Origin: Macrostomum lignano
Lineage: Eukaryota
DNA: 64,000 nucleotides
NCBI GenBank assembly: GCA_002269645.1
Contig: NIVC01002224.1
Location: forward strand, 56,144-120,143
Direction: 5' to 3'
This document shows, piece after piece, positions 25,545 to 36,880 of the stretch. The first letter of the stretch is position 1, and every line of letters starts with the position of its first letter. The translations under genes were made by a program, and so were the position numbers. The notes beneath the pieces were generated by a model, which had not been told where the DNA came from, ran no database searches, and saw only the letters and a list, made by a program, of their open reading frames with translations.

Positions 25545-25870
25545 CTGGCAAACAGCTCCTTGAGCTCCTGCTCGGAGCACAGCTGTCCCAGGTTGGTGAA
25601 GAACAGAGCCTGCGGTTGCATTCCCTGTGCAGCGGCGGCGGCGGCTACGGCGGCAGCCGACACCGGCGTGTGAAAGCCGCCACCAGCACCGCTGACGCCA
25701 CCTCCGCCCCCTGCGCCGCCGCTCACGTGACCTCCGTGGCCGCCGCCAGCGCCGCCGCCAGCTGATGAAGCGGCAGCTGCGGCGGCTGCGGCGGCAGCGG
25801 CGGCGGCTGCTGCAGCAAACTGGTTGCCACCGTGCTGCGCCGAACCCAGCATGGCCGGCATGAATGCCTG
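25545..25870 (-). CDS. cpo: couch potato/RBPMS-like exon 7: poly-Ala/Gly linker and start of second RRM (LFFTNLGQLCSEQELKELFA)
   Basis: Resembles cpo-family C-terminal TLFVANLGQFVSEHELKE motif. Donor AG|GTGA at 25544. Acceptor uncertain, best phase-0 NAGNAG at 25870/25867. Confidence 0.75.
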
Positions 25871-26004
25871 CTGGCATGAGGGCGGGGTTGCGGGGCTGGA
25901 GCTAGAGGGTTGCTTTCGCATGGGGGTCAATGACCCCTCTCTATGTCAAAATGTTTTGAAAAAATTATTGGCGAAGTAACTGACATTTTTTATAAAAGCT
26001 AATG

Positions 26005-26800
26005 CTAGGGGTGGTCACTTGACCCCATTCTATGATAGCTACTATTAAGGGGTGGTCACTTGACCTCATTCTATGACAGCTGCTGAGAGGGGTGGTCACT
26101 TGACCCCATTCTATGACAGCTATTATGAGGGGTGGTCACTTGACCTCATTCTATGACAGCTGCTATGAGGGGTGGTCACTTGACCTCATTCTATGACAGC
26201 TGCTAAGAGGGGTGGTCACTTGACCTCATTTCATGACAGCTGCTGAGAGGGGTGGTCACTTGACCCCATTCTATGACAGCTACTATGAGGGGTGGTCACT
26301 TGACCTCATTCCATGACAGCTGCTGAGAGGGGTGGTCACTTGACCCCATTCTATGACAGCTGCTGAGAGGGGTGGTCACTTGATCTCATTCCATGACAGC
26401 TGCTGAGAGGGGTGGTCACTTGACCTCATTCTATGACAGCTACTATGAGGGGTGGTCACTTGACCTCATTCCATGACAGCTGCTGAGAGGGGTGGTCACT
26501 TGACCCCATTCTATGACAGCTACTATGAGGGGTGGTCACTTGACCTCATTCCATGACAGCTGCTGAGAGGGGTGGTCACTTGACCCCATTCTATGACAGC
26601 TGCTGAGAGGGGTGGTCACTTGATCTCATTCCATGACAGCTGCTGAGAGGGGTGGTCACTTGACCTCATTCTATGACAGCTGCTAAGAGGGGTGGTCACT
26701 TGACCTCATTCTATGACAGCTGCTGAGAGGGGTGGTCAATTGACCTCATTCTATGACAGCTGCTGAGACTGAGAGGGGTGGTCAATTGACCTCGTTTCTA
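26005..26800. repeat. 40-bp intronic minisatellite with internal palindrome GGTCA-CT-TGACC
   Basis: About 19-20 copies of GAGGGGTGGTCACTTGACC(C/T)CATTCTATGACAGCTGCT-like units, period 40 (26051, 26091, 26131...). Confidence 0.95.
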
Positions 26801-27026
26801 GGAAAGGTACCTTCGTAGAGAGTGGTCATACTGACCCCTTTTGTAATAAAGCTAAAAGCTACATTTATGTTCCCTTATCTCGGAAAGCTACAGAGGCGAT
26901 GGTGTGGTCACTGACCCCCTTTCAACGAAAGCTACATTTACTGCAAGGGGAGGTTACAGAAAATTTTAATTATCAAAATCGAAGCGGAGAATTTTGTCCT
27001 CCATAAAACAGAGAATCTGTTCTCAC

Positions 27027-27181
27027 AGCTCTCATGGGCATCTGCGACATCGGGGGCAGCGGCGCCGACGGAAAGATTGCCGCTGGGCCGGCGGCCGCAG
27101 CAGCGGCGGCCAAATCCGCGTAGGAAAAGGCCGGATATCCCGGCCAGGCCTCAGAGCCCGGCATGATGGCAGCCAGCTCGT
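27027..27181 (-). CDS. cpo: couch potato/RBPMS-like exon 6 (H-ELAAIMPGSEAWPGYPAFSYADLAAA...MPMRA)
   Basis: Acceptor CCCACAG|AC is phase 1, matching exon 5. Probable donor GCT|GTGAGA at 27026. Confidence 0.75.
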
Positions 27182-27527
27182 CTGTGGGTTAAAAATTACA
27201 GTTTTTTACGTGCGTGTCTGCATTAGCCTACTTGTTTGAACGAGTAGAAAGCAAGATTTTTAAAAAGAATAATTAGAGAGAAAAATTGATCAGCTGCGAC
27301 GATATTTAGTGTAAGTCGTATTTTAACAAAGCGAACTTTGACCACTGAGTAAATGCTTCTTCATTCTCATTCGCCTTGGCCTACTTATTAGTAGAAAGTA
27401 GGATTTTTAGTTAAAAAATTTAATAGCCGATATGTTGCGTAAATTGTTTTTTAAAGCTGAAATTTATATCACAGGCTGAAGTCTAATTATATATGTTTCA
27501 AATATGTTCAACCGTATCAAAACTTAC

Positions 27528-27660
27528 GGCCAGACATGGGCAGCATAGCCTGGTGGTGACCGCCGACTCCTTGGCCCAGCTTCGGCTTGGCCACTTTGGT
27601 GTTGGTCTTGGCGAACTCCAGGCGCAGAGTCTGCGGCAGCTCCATATCAAATTTTACGCC
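27528..27660 (-). CDS. cpo: couch potato/RBPMS-like exon 5 ([27 protein letters not shown]...)
   Basis: Matches the hallmark RBPMS/cpo G.RFD...PQT.RLEFAK.NTK motif. ATCAG|GGC acceptor, C|GTAAGT donor. Confidence 0.93.
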
Positions 27661-27844
27661 CTGATAGAATTTTGAAGGCCGAAGAATTAAATTTTGTTTT
27701 ATTGCTCGGGAGATGAAAATTAACTATAAATTTAAATAGTCAAAACTGCAATGCATATGGAGATGAAAAGGCATTACATTAAACTTTCCCAAAGTTTGAT
27801 GATAAGCTATAGCCAGTTTCTAAAATCCTTCTCAAATTTTTCTC

Positions 27845-28275
27845 AAATTGGCACCAACTGACACAAATTGGCACCAGCTGACACAAATTGGCACCAACTG
27901 ACACAAATTGGCACCAGCTGACACAAATTGGCACCAACTGACACAAATTGACACGGACTGAAACAAAATGGCACAAACTGATACAAATTGGCACCAGCTG
28001 ACACAAATTGGCACCAACTGACACAAATTGGCACCAACTGACACAAATTGGCACCAACTGACACAAATTGGCACCAACTGACACAAATTGGCACCAACTG
28101 ACACAAATTGGCACCAACTGACACAAATTGGTACCACCTAGCTGACACAAATTGGTACCACCTAGCTGACACAAATTGGTACCATCTAGCTGACACAAAT
28201 TGGTACCACCTAGCTGACACAAATTGGTACCATCTAGCTGACACAAATTGGTACCACCTAGCTGACACAAACTGA
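27845..28275. repeat. Intronic minisatellite, 20-bp unit TTGGCACCAACTGACACAAA switching to 24-bp TTGGTACCACCTAGCTGACACAAA
   Basis: Fills most of cpo intron 27661-28292. Confidence 0.93.
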
Positions 28276-28292
28276 TACACAATTTCAGTTAC

Positions 28293-28355
28293 CTGCAATT
28301 CCTGTTTTGCAACCTCAGCGTCCACCCGACTCTTGAAAGTGACAAAACCGACTGG
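28293..28355 (-). CDS. cpo: couch potato/RBPMS-like exon 4 (PVGFVTFKSRVDAEVAKQELQ; RNP1)
   Basis: TTTTCCAG|CCA acceptor, CAG|GTAACT donor, 63 nt, phase 0-0. Confidence 0.92.
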
Positions 28356-28447
28356 CTGGAAAAAAATTGAATGATTATTTTACAAAACTCTAACAAAAAG
28401 CTACATGAAATGTACATACATGTGCATCCCATGCACAGAGCACTCAC

Positions 28448-28504
28448 ACACATGAGTTTGCCCAATTTTTGAGCAAAACTTTTCAGCTGAGCATTTTCAA
28501 AGCC
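28448..28504 (-). CDS. cpo: couch potato/RBPMS-like exon 3 ([19 protein letters not shown])
   Basis: TTTCAG|GGC acceptor, TGT|GTGAGT donor, 57 nt. Corresponds to the GYEGSLLK segment of the family. Confidence 0.85.
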
Positions 28505-28586
28505 CTGAAATTTTGATGGATAGATTTTTGGAGAAAAATTGCATTGGAACCGTATAATGTATAATATTTGAAATTCGGTGACTCAC

Positions 28587-28664
28587 ATTGAAAGCTCGAA
28601 ACAACAGGTACAGCTCTCGAGGCTTCGTGTCCATTGGCAGCCCGCTGACGAACAGGGTTCGCAC
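28587..28664 (-). CDS. cpo: couch potato/RBPMS-like exon 2 ([26 protein letters not shown]; RNP2)
   Basis: Near-exact family signature [27 protein letters not shown]|GTG acceptor, AAT|GTGAGT donor. Confidence 0.95.
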
Positions 28665-29600
28665 CTGATATTTAAAAGCAACAATTATAGAAATTTACCA
28701 ATTTCTGTTTTAATGAATTAACTTTGCTAGAAGCAAGAAGTGTTCTGCCAATGCTACTTAAAAGTAGGATGACCGGTTTCAGAGATTCGTAATCGTAGTT
28801 TTAATCTGCAAGGAAAAATCTAATTTAAGAAGCAACAATTTATAAACAAATTTACAGAGCTCATAAAACCTAACTTACTTAGCTTAAGCTAAATGTAATT
28901 TCATAAACCAAGTGATCGTGATCAAGAACTGTCTAATTTATATAGTTGCGTCTGCTATGAATGTGGTTTATTGAACTCCTTTCTAGGAATGCATTTCCAA
29001 GAATTGATATTTAACACTTTAAAACATTTCAAGTTATTCAAATTTTAAACCAAAATTTTCATTAAAAATGATTATATTGGATTTATTTAATATTTGATTC
29101 TTTAAATTAATTTTAGAAATCCGCCCAACAATATGCCTATAGAACATTCGCATTTTTACCAAGCTATTCATCCTGAAGAAGAATAGATCAAAGCCGCAAC
29201 TATATTATTTACACAGTTATACTAATTTAATAATTACTTGTAAATTTGAATTTCTTGTTAGTAATCTGTACATGGTTAGCAGAGAACGATGAAAAAATGA
29301 TGTACGAATACGCGACAGTCTTCCCAAAATATAGCTACTATCGGTACAATTGTTTGTTAATTTGAATCAAACTCAAATTAGCGCCAAAATTATTTGCGTT
29401 ATAAAAACTCAAAGTTTAAAAACAACTAAAACAACTTATCGATTCAACTTCAAGACAGAATTTTAATGTTTCTACTTTTTCTTTTGATAAACTTTTTGGC
29501 GCGGATTTAAATTAGATCGAAATTCAACAAATTAAAGAAGACTGTCGAGTACATGTAAGCTCGTGATTAAATGAATTTTTTGACTCTCAATCCGTCTCAC

Positions 29601-29696
29601 CTCGTCGTCCACACAGGCATTGACGCTATCCATGCTCTGGCTAAGCGCCATGCTGGTCTCGCTGTTTAGTGCACCGGGTGACACCATGTCTCTCAT
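29601..29696 (-). CDS. cpo: couch potato/RBPMS-like first coding exon (MRDMVSPGALNSETSMALSQSMDSVNACVDDE)
   Basis: LSQSMDSVN..DE precedes the RRM as in arthropod cpo (from memory). In-frame TGA lies immediately upstream of ATG 29696. GAG|GTGAGA donor. Confidence 0.85.
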
Positions 29697-30509
29697 TCAA
29701 TTATGCTTTTTTAGTTGAATTGCTAGGATTCTGTGTGGCGGTACGTGATATTGTGGCGGCTGTTAGTGCGTGAACGCGGATTCATCGTAAATTGATTGGA
29801 ATTTTATAGTGAAATTGAAGCTGCAGGTTTAATGCGTACAGTAAAAATCGTCATTTTGTAATTGATTACGTTGTAAAAAAATAATGTTTGCAGGCATGTA
29901 ATAGCAAAAGGCATCATGGATGAAGGATGTACAATTTATGTCTTGTTTGGCTTAATAGACAGAGTATTTGACACCTACATGTATTTTAAAACCATGTATT
30001 CGATGGAGCCCCTGGGTGTTTTAGATTCACTTCCTTCATCCATGAGAGCAAGTGCTACATGAAGTAACAGTGTAGTGAACCAATCAGTCAGTCATTAATA
30101 TGAAACAGTTATAGTTTTAATTTATTGAACAAATCCAAATTGTAATGTATGGGGCAGACAATGGGCAGTGATTGATCTGAATTTGTCATTTTGTCAATAT
30201 GGCAAAGTAAAGCATGAGCTGCACAATTTGTTTTAGTAATAATTGCATGTAACGAACATGAGCATTTACATTAGCTAGGTAATTGCGTGAATTGAATTGT
30301 GATTCAGAATCGATTTTATTACTAACCCGTAACCAATCAGGAAGAGCCCCCACTGTAAAATACACAATAGCATATCATGATGTGTAACACTGTTCTCAAC
30401 TCTATTCGGGTCGTTCTGCGTTCAATCTTTGAGAATCACTTGGTCAAAGACAGCTGTATAATAAACTTTTATAAAAACTTCCTCCTAAATTCCTGTCTTC
30501 GATCCTGCT

Positions 30510-31630
30510 TCCCTGGTGCTAAAGCCCCTGGTGCTAAATCCCCTGTGCTAAATCCCCTGTGCTAAATCCCCTGGTGCTAAATCCCCTGATGCTAAATCCT
30601 CTGATGCTAAATCCCCTGTGCTAAATCCCCTGTGCTAAATCCTCTGATGCTAAATCCCCTGATGCTAAATCCTCTGATGCTAAATCCCCTGATGCTAAAT
30701 CCCCTGATGCTAAATCCTCTGATGCTAAATCCTCTGATGCTAAATCCCCTGATGCTAAATCCTCTGATGCTAAATCCTCTGATGCTAAATCCTCTGATGC
30801 TAAATCCGCTGGTGCTAAATCCCCTGATGCTAAATCCCCTGATGCTAAATCCCCTGATGCTAAATCCTCTGATGCTAAATCCTCTGATGCTAAATCCTCT
30901 GATGCTAAATCCTCTGATGCTAAATCCCCTGATGCTAAATCCCCTGGTGCTAAATCCCCTATGCTAAATCCTCTGATGCTAAATCCCCTGATGATAAATC
31001 CTCTGATGCCAAATCCTCTGATGCTAAATCCTCTGATGCTAAATCCTCTGGTGCTAAATCCCCTGATGATAAATCCCCTGTGCTAAATCCTCTGGTGCTA
31101 AATCCCCTGTGCTAAATCCCCTGGTGCTAAATCCCCTGATGCTAAATCCTCTGATGCTAAATCCCCTATGCTAAATCCGCTGGTGCTAAATCCCCTGATG
31201 CTAAATCCCCTGATGCTAAATCCCCTGATGCTAAATCCTCTGATGCTAAATCCTCTGATGCTAAATCCTCTGATGCTAAATCCTCTGGTGCTAAATCCCC
31301 TGATGCTAAATCCTCTGGTGCTAAATCCTCTGATGCTAAATCCCCTGATGCTAAATCCCCTGATGCTAAATCCTCTGATGCTAAATCCTCTGATGCTAAA
31401 TCCTCTGATGCTAAATCCCCTGATGCTAAATCCTCTGATGCTAAATCCCCTGATGCTAAATCCCCTGATGCTAAATCCTCTGATGCTAAATCCCCGGTGC
31501 TAAATCCCCGGTGCTAAAGGCCCTGATGCTAAATCCTCTGATGCTAAATCCCCGGTGCTAAATCCTCTGATGCTAAATCCCCGGTGCTAAATCCCCGGTG
31601 CTAAATCCCCGGTGCTAAAGGCCCTGTGTG
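30510..31630. repeat. 15-bp minisatellite GCTAAATCC(C/T)CTGAT (14-bp variants)
   Basis: Tandem array that generates the spurious MLNPL ORFs. Confidence 0.96.
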
Positions 31631-32689
31631 CCAAATCCCCTCTTGCTAAAAGCCCCACAAACGAACCATTTAGAAATCCACGGCTGCCTACACAACCAAG
31701 TGATTCCGTTTCATCATTTATAATCGAACACAAAACAGCTAGGCTTTAAGGAGCGCCAATATCTTTCTTTCTCGAATGACTATGATAGAAAAGACATTAT
31801 TGAAACATTCAATAGTTACTCACCCCGCAGTTGCGACAATGGGCTCATTCAAGTTCTTTTACTTCAGAGTGGCTCTGATCGAAACAGTAAACCTGGCTCA
31901 GAAAGAATTAAGTCTTATATACCGGTGACAAGATCAAGGGACGACCCCCCCCCGCAGCCACCGAGTGAGTGCTAAATGATTAATGAGAGCGCACAGCCAA
32001 TGATGAGATGACCCGATCGCTCATCAATTCCATGCGCTGAAACAGACAGACAGACATTCATTGCCCGCCCGTTGTGTCATACAGCAGCCTCCATGCTGTG
32101 TTTCGCAATTCTACCATCGCAGCGAAAGTGAATTATTTATTAGAAGTGACGATCCCCCTACAAGCCGTGTTCTCAAGCAGTTGCCAATCTGCACTGCGGG
32201 GCACTCATTAATTGTGTAGTAAGATTGCCAGACCACACACACGCATGCGCGCTCTTGGACACAACTGGCAGAACAATTGAAACACACTGCAGATGCAGGC
32301 TCACCTACATGCAGACAAGTAGCTAGAGACAATGCTGGAATACAAATTACCTTGCTGAAGTTGTGTGTGCGGCCTATAATAAAAAATAACATTAATTACA
32401 GGCGACCTACCACGACATCAAGAATTACATTGAAAAAGGTGGAAACCCTTAAAATCAACGTAGATTACCCCGAAGCTCTAATTGCCGTATAAAATTAATA
32501 ATTAATGAGCCATCTACATCAAAATAACTGTGAACTGGTGAAAGTCTACTGTGGTCTTGAGATCGCAATAAACTTGAAGAACTATAAATTATTAATGAGA
32601 ATTGCGTTAAAGTTTCCTGTGCTCAAAGATGAGGATAGAAAAATAGAGGTTTGTGATAAAGTGAGCGCTGGATAGAAGTGAGCACTCCT

Positions 32690-34185
32690 AAAACGGGAGT
32701 AAGCACTCTGCAGAAAAAAGACTGAGCACTCTACAGAAAATTCATTGAGCACTCCTCTTGAGAGTGAGCAGTCTGAGAAGAGAGTGAGCAGTCTGAGGAA
32801 AGACAATGAGTAGTCTGAGAAAAGAGAGTGAGCAGTCTGAGGAGAGAGTGAGCAGACTGAGAAAAATAGAGTGAGCACTCTGAAGGAAGAGAGTGAGCAG
32901 TCTGAGGAAAGAGAGTGAGCAGTCTGAGGAAAGAGAGTGAGCAGTCTGAGGAAAGAGAGTGAGCAGTCTGAGGAAAGAGAGTGAGCAGTCTGAGGAAAGA
33001 GAGTGAGCAGTCTGAGGAAAGACAATGAGTAGTCTGAGAAAAGAGAGTGAGCAGTCTGAGGAGAGAGTGAGCAGACTGAGAAACATAGAGTGAGCACTCT
33101 GAAGGAAGAGAGTGAGCAGTCTGAGGAAAGAGAGTGAGCAGTCTGAGAAAAGAGAGTGAGCAGTCTGAGGAAAGAGAGTGAGCAGTCTGAGGAAAAAGAG
33201 TGAGCAGTCTGAGGAAAGACAATGAGTAGTCTGAGAAAAGAGAGTGAGCAGTCTGAGGAGAGAGTGAGCAGACTGAGAAAAATAGAGTGAGCACTCTGAA
33301 GGAAGAGAGTGAGCAGTCTGAGGAAAGAGAGTGAGCAGTCTGAGGAAAGAGAGTGAGCAGTCTGAGGAAAGAGAGTGAGCAGTCTGAGAAAATAGAGTGA
33401 GCAGTCTGAGGAAAGAGAGTGAGCAGTCTGAGAAAAGAGAGTGAGCAGTCTGAGGAGAGAGTGAGCAGACTGAGAAAAATAGAGTGAGCACTCTGAAGGA
33501 AGAGAGTGAGCAGTCTGAGGAAAGAGAGTGAGCAGTCTGAGGAAAGAGAGTGAGCAGTCTGAGGAAAGAGAGTGAGCAGTCTGAGAAAATAGAGTGAGCA
33601 GTCTGAGGAAAGAGAGTGAGCAGTCTGAGGAAAGAGAGTGAGCAGTCTGAGGAGAGAGTGAGCAGTCTGAGGAAAAAGAGTGAGCAGTCTGAGAAAAGTG
33701 AGTGAGCAGTCTGAGGAGAGAGTGAGCAGTCTGAGGAAAAAGAGTGAGCAGTCTGAGGAAAGAGAGTGAGCAGTCTGAGGAAAGAGAGTGAGCAGTCTGA
33801 GGAAAGAGAGTGAGCAGTCTGAGGAAAGACAATGAGTAGTCTGAGAAAAGAGAGTGAGCAGTCTGAGGAGAGAGTGAGCAGACTGAGAAAAGAGAGTGAG
33901 CAGTCTGATGAAAGAGAGTGAGCAGTCTGAGAAAAGAGTGAGCAGACTGAGAAAAATAGAGTGAGCACTCTGAAGAAAGAGAGTGAGCAGTCTGAGGAAA
34001 GAGAGTGAGCAGTCTGGGGAAAAAGAGTGAGCAGTCTGAGGAAAGAGAGTGAGCAGTCTGAGGAAAGAGAGTGAGCAGTCTGAGGAAAGAAAGTGAGCAG
34101 TCTGAGGAAAGAGAGTGAGCAGTCTGAGGAAAGAGAGTGAGCAGTCTGAGGAAAAAGAGTGAGCAGTTTGAGGAAAAAGTGAGCT
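32690..34185. repeat. ~22-bp purine-rich minisatellite GAGGAAAGAGAGTGAGCAGTCT
   Basis: Tandem array with recurring multi-unit variant blocks (GACAATGAGT, CACTCTGAAGG). Confidence 0.96.
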
Positions 34186-34857
34186 GTCTCCCTAAAATAG
34201 TTAAAAAAGAAATTAAAACCAATTTTTTCAGAAAGGAATATTTATGAGTAAATTATTTGCAAACTAAATTGGCAGCAGCAAAAATCAAAAAGATTTTATT
34301 TTCATTTCGCTCTCAAGTAATATTTAGTATTATAACTATTTTTACTACTGTTATAGATATTATACAAACCTTCCATTAGCATAATAATGGCCACAGCTTA
34401 CTGTGAGATACTATTAGCATTAAAAATATTACTAAACGACAATTATGACTAAAAAATCGCTGATACAGTACTTGTAAGTCAGTAGTAGCATTGGAAAATA
34501 TCGTATCATGCAGTATGGCAACAAATCTATTCTAGCTCTTAATAAGACTAATAACGAAAACTAATCATAAGCAATTTACTAAGACACACACCTACTACTG
34601 TATGAATGTCAGTAGTATATAGAAATTTATCGACTAAGTTCAAAATGATGGAAGGAATAGGGGTGGCTGAACACTGATAAGTTTGAAATGGGAGTCAAGC
34701 TGGTTGCACAACTGGCACCAAAAATATAAATCAACTGAGTCTGAGAATTTAAATCGCTGAGTCTACAGGCACCCAATCTAACCTCGAATTGCAAACGGAT
34801 TCGTAAAAAATTACGCTATTTCAGCAACAACAGCATTGGCAAAGATAAGAAGATAGA

Positions 34858-34899
34858 ATGGACAGACAGACACTAATTCGGACAGGCAGACAGATACTA

Positions 34900-34956
<57 letters not shown>

Positions 34957-34957
34957 C
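34858..34957. repeat. (GACA)n microsatellite
   Basis: Directly visible. Confidence 0.95.
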
Positions 34958-35110
34958 GTAAAGGTCAAACGTGAGCAAATCTACCACAGAGAAGCACAAA
35001 AATCAGGAAACGAACGCCGGCAGTGAAATACTGTAATCCTGGCTCTGGCAACTAAGCGCGCAATCAGTCAGTCCATAGTCCAAGTGACCCAGAGTAGGAA
35101 ATTTAATAAA

Positions 35111-35253
35111 CTAATTCCAAAGCTTGTTAAACAGTTCCATAAAGCTGTCATAAATCATAAACGTGATGGCAACGTCCAGGCAGACTCGGCTGAGACGAGG
35201 CACCGTGCCCTTGTAGAATCTGCAATGTTAACATTTTAAAGCCGTAAGACTAC

Positions 35254-35330
<77 letters not shown>

Positions 35331-36880
35331 TAGTAGTAGTAGAAGTAGTAGTACTAGTAGTACTAGTAGTAGTAATAGTAGTGCACATTGCTTACGCAAG
35401 CGGCCCCTCCTCCCGCCAGATCTTGACGAAGCAGTGCGCGGTGCTGCGGTACTTGTGCGCCTCCAGGCCCTGCATTCGAGTCTTCACCACATCGATCGGC
35501 GTGTTGCCGAACACGGAAGCCGCCCCGGCCACTGCGCCAAACATGCCAGTCAGCAGCTTCGGGATCGGCCTCGTGTTGTCCGTGTCACCGCGGTAGCCCC
35601 TGTACCAGTCCTTCAGCGACTCCACCACCAGGAAGCGGATGGCCTGGTTCGAGCCCTGCTTCATCATCGTGGCCGTCAAGCCCTGGTAGCAGCCCCGAAG
35701 CCCCTGCTCGCGCACAATCTCCCGGACACCGTGGAAGAAGCCGCGGAACTTCGGGTTCGCCGAGTTCTGGTCGTTAATGAACTTCACCTTCACCGTCTCC
35801 ATGGGCGTCACGGCGAAGATCGCCTCGCAGATGCCGGCGCCGAGGCCGCACAGAAACTTCCGGCCGGTGCTCAGGTTGCCCTGCGCGTCCGAGTTGCGCT
35901 TCTTGAACTCCTCGAATGCGCCGAACCTTTGCGGGGTTGTTAGATGGCGAGGCATTTGGCTGGCTCAGCGCACGCATACTTACTCCTGCTGACTACCCTA
36001 ACCATCTATGTAGAAAGCTAACAAGCTGGCGAGGCATTTCGCCAGCAAAAGTTACTCCTGCTGACTACCCGCATAACACCAGAGACGATCAGTTAAAACT
36101 CAAGTAAGTATCAATAAACTTCGAAGAATCGTGACTTGCAGATCCTAACCTACAGAACCCTATTTGCAATTCCTAACTAACGAATATCTAATCTAAAAAT
36201 CCCAACCCACAAATCCCAACCTACAAATCCCAAAGCCTAAATCCCAAAACGCCCTGCGCGTCCGAGGTGCGCTTCTTGAACTCCTCGAATGCGCCAAACT
36301 TTTGGCGGGGTTGTTAGATGGCGAGGCTTTTGGCAGCCTAAGCGCACGCATAGTTACTCTTGCTGACTACCCGATTAACATCAAAATCTATGATGCGAAA
36401 CCCTCAACCAAATTGCAACTTACTAATTAACCTACAAATCCCAAAGCCCAAATCCCATCAACAAGCCCCTCTCTCACCTCACAGCGGACTTGGGAATCGA
36501 GCCATACAGCAGCACACTCAGGCCTCGGTACAAGCCGAAGAAGCCCCGCTCCCTGACCGTCACCTTCACGCAGTCGATCGGCCCCTTGTACCGCTTCTGG
36601 GCGCCCACCTTCTCGTCCAACTGCAGCTGGGTCTTCACGTACTCTGTTGGGAATGTGATGCAGATCTCCATGCCTCCCGTGATGCCGCCTGAGGGACAGA
36701 GTTTGGCGTGGCTTTCTGGCTTGGCCTCTTAATATAAACATTTTCCATTTCATAAATCCATCTCTCACCTGCAATAATGCCTTTAAGGCTCTTGTTGCTG
36801 CTTCCAGAAGCAGCTGCTGCAGCTGCAGACACTCTCTGGTTTGGTCTGCCAGCGCTGAACACCAGGCCACGGTCTGACAT
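35111..36880 (-). CDS. SLC25A1: Mitochondrial tricarboxylate (citrate) carrier, SLC25A1-like, copy 1; exons 36880-36769, 36688-36478, 35926-35396, 35219-35111
   Basis: MSDRGL...KGIIAG / [26 protein letters not shown]...PKSAVR / FGAFEEFKK...[14 protein letters not shown]...QGSNQAIRF...[13 protein letters not shown]...EEGPLA / [35 protein letters not shown]. Three PX(D/E)XXK carrier motifs, all introns GT-AG and in phase. Confidence 0.95.
35253..35382. repeat. (AGT)n microsatellite occupying most of intron 3 of SLC25A1 copy 1
   Basis: Directly visible. Absent from intron 3 of copy 2. Confidence 0.96.
36245..36365 (-). pseudogene. Duplicated intron-2/exon-3 junction fragment (decoy pseudo-exon) in SLC25A1 copy 1
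   Basis: Repeats the pre-acceptor sequence and the first ~45 nt of exon 3 (TTTGGCGCATTCGAGGAGTTCAAGAAGCGCACCTCGGACGCG). Confidence 0.75.

Noticed and set aside
30632-34222. MLNPL repeat ORFs and 400-550 aa LLTLFPQTAHS ORFs
   Set aside because: Minisatellite artefacts, with frames broken by unit-length variants.
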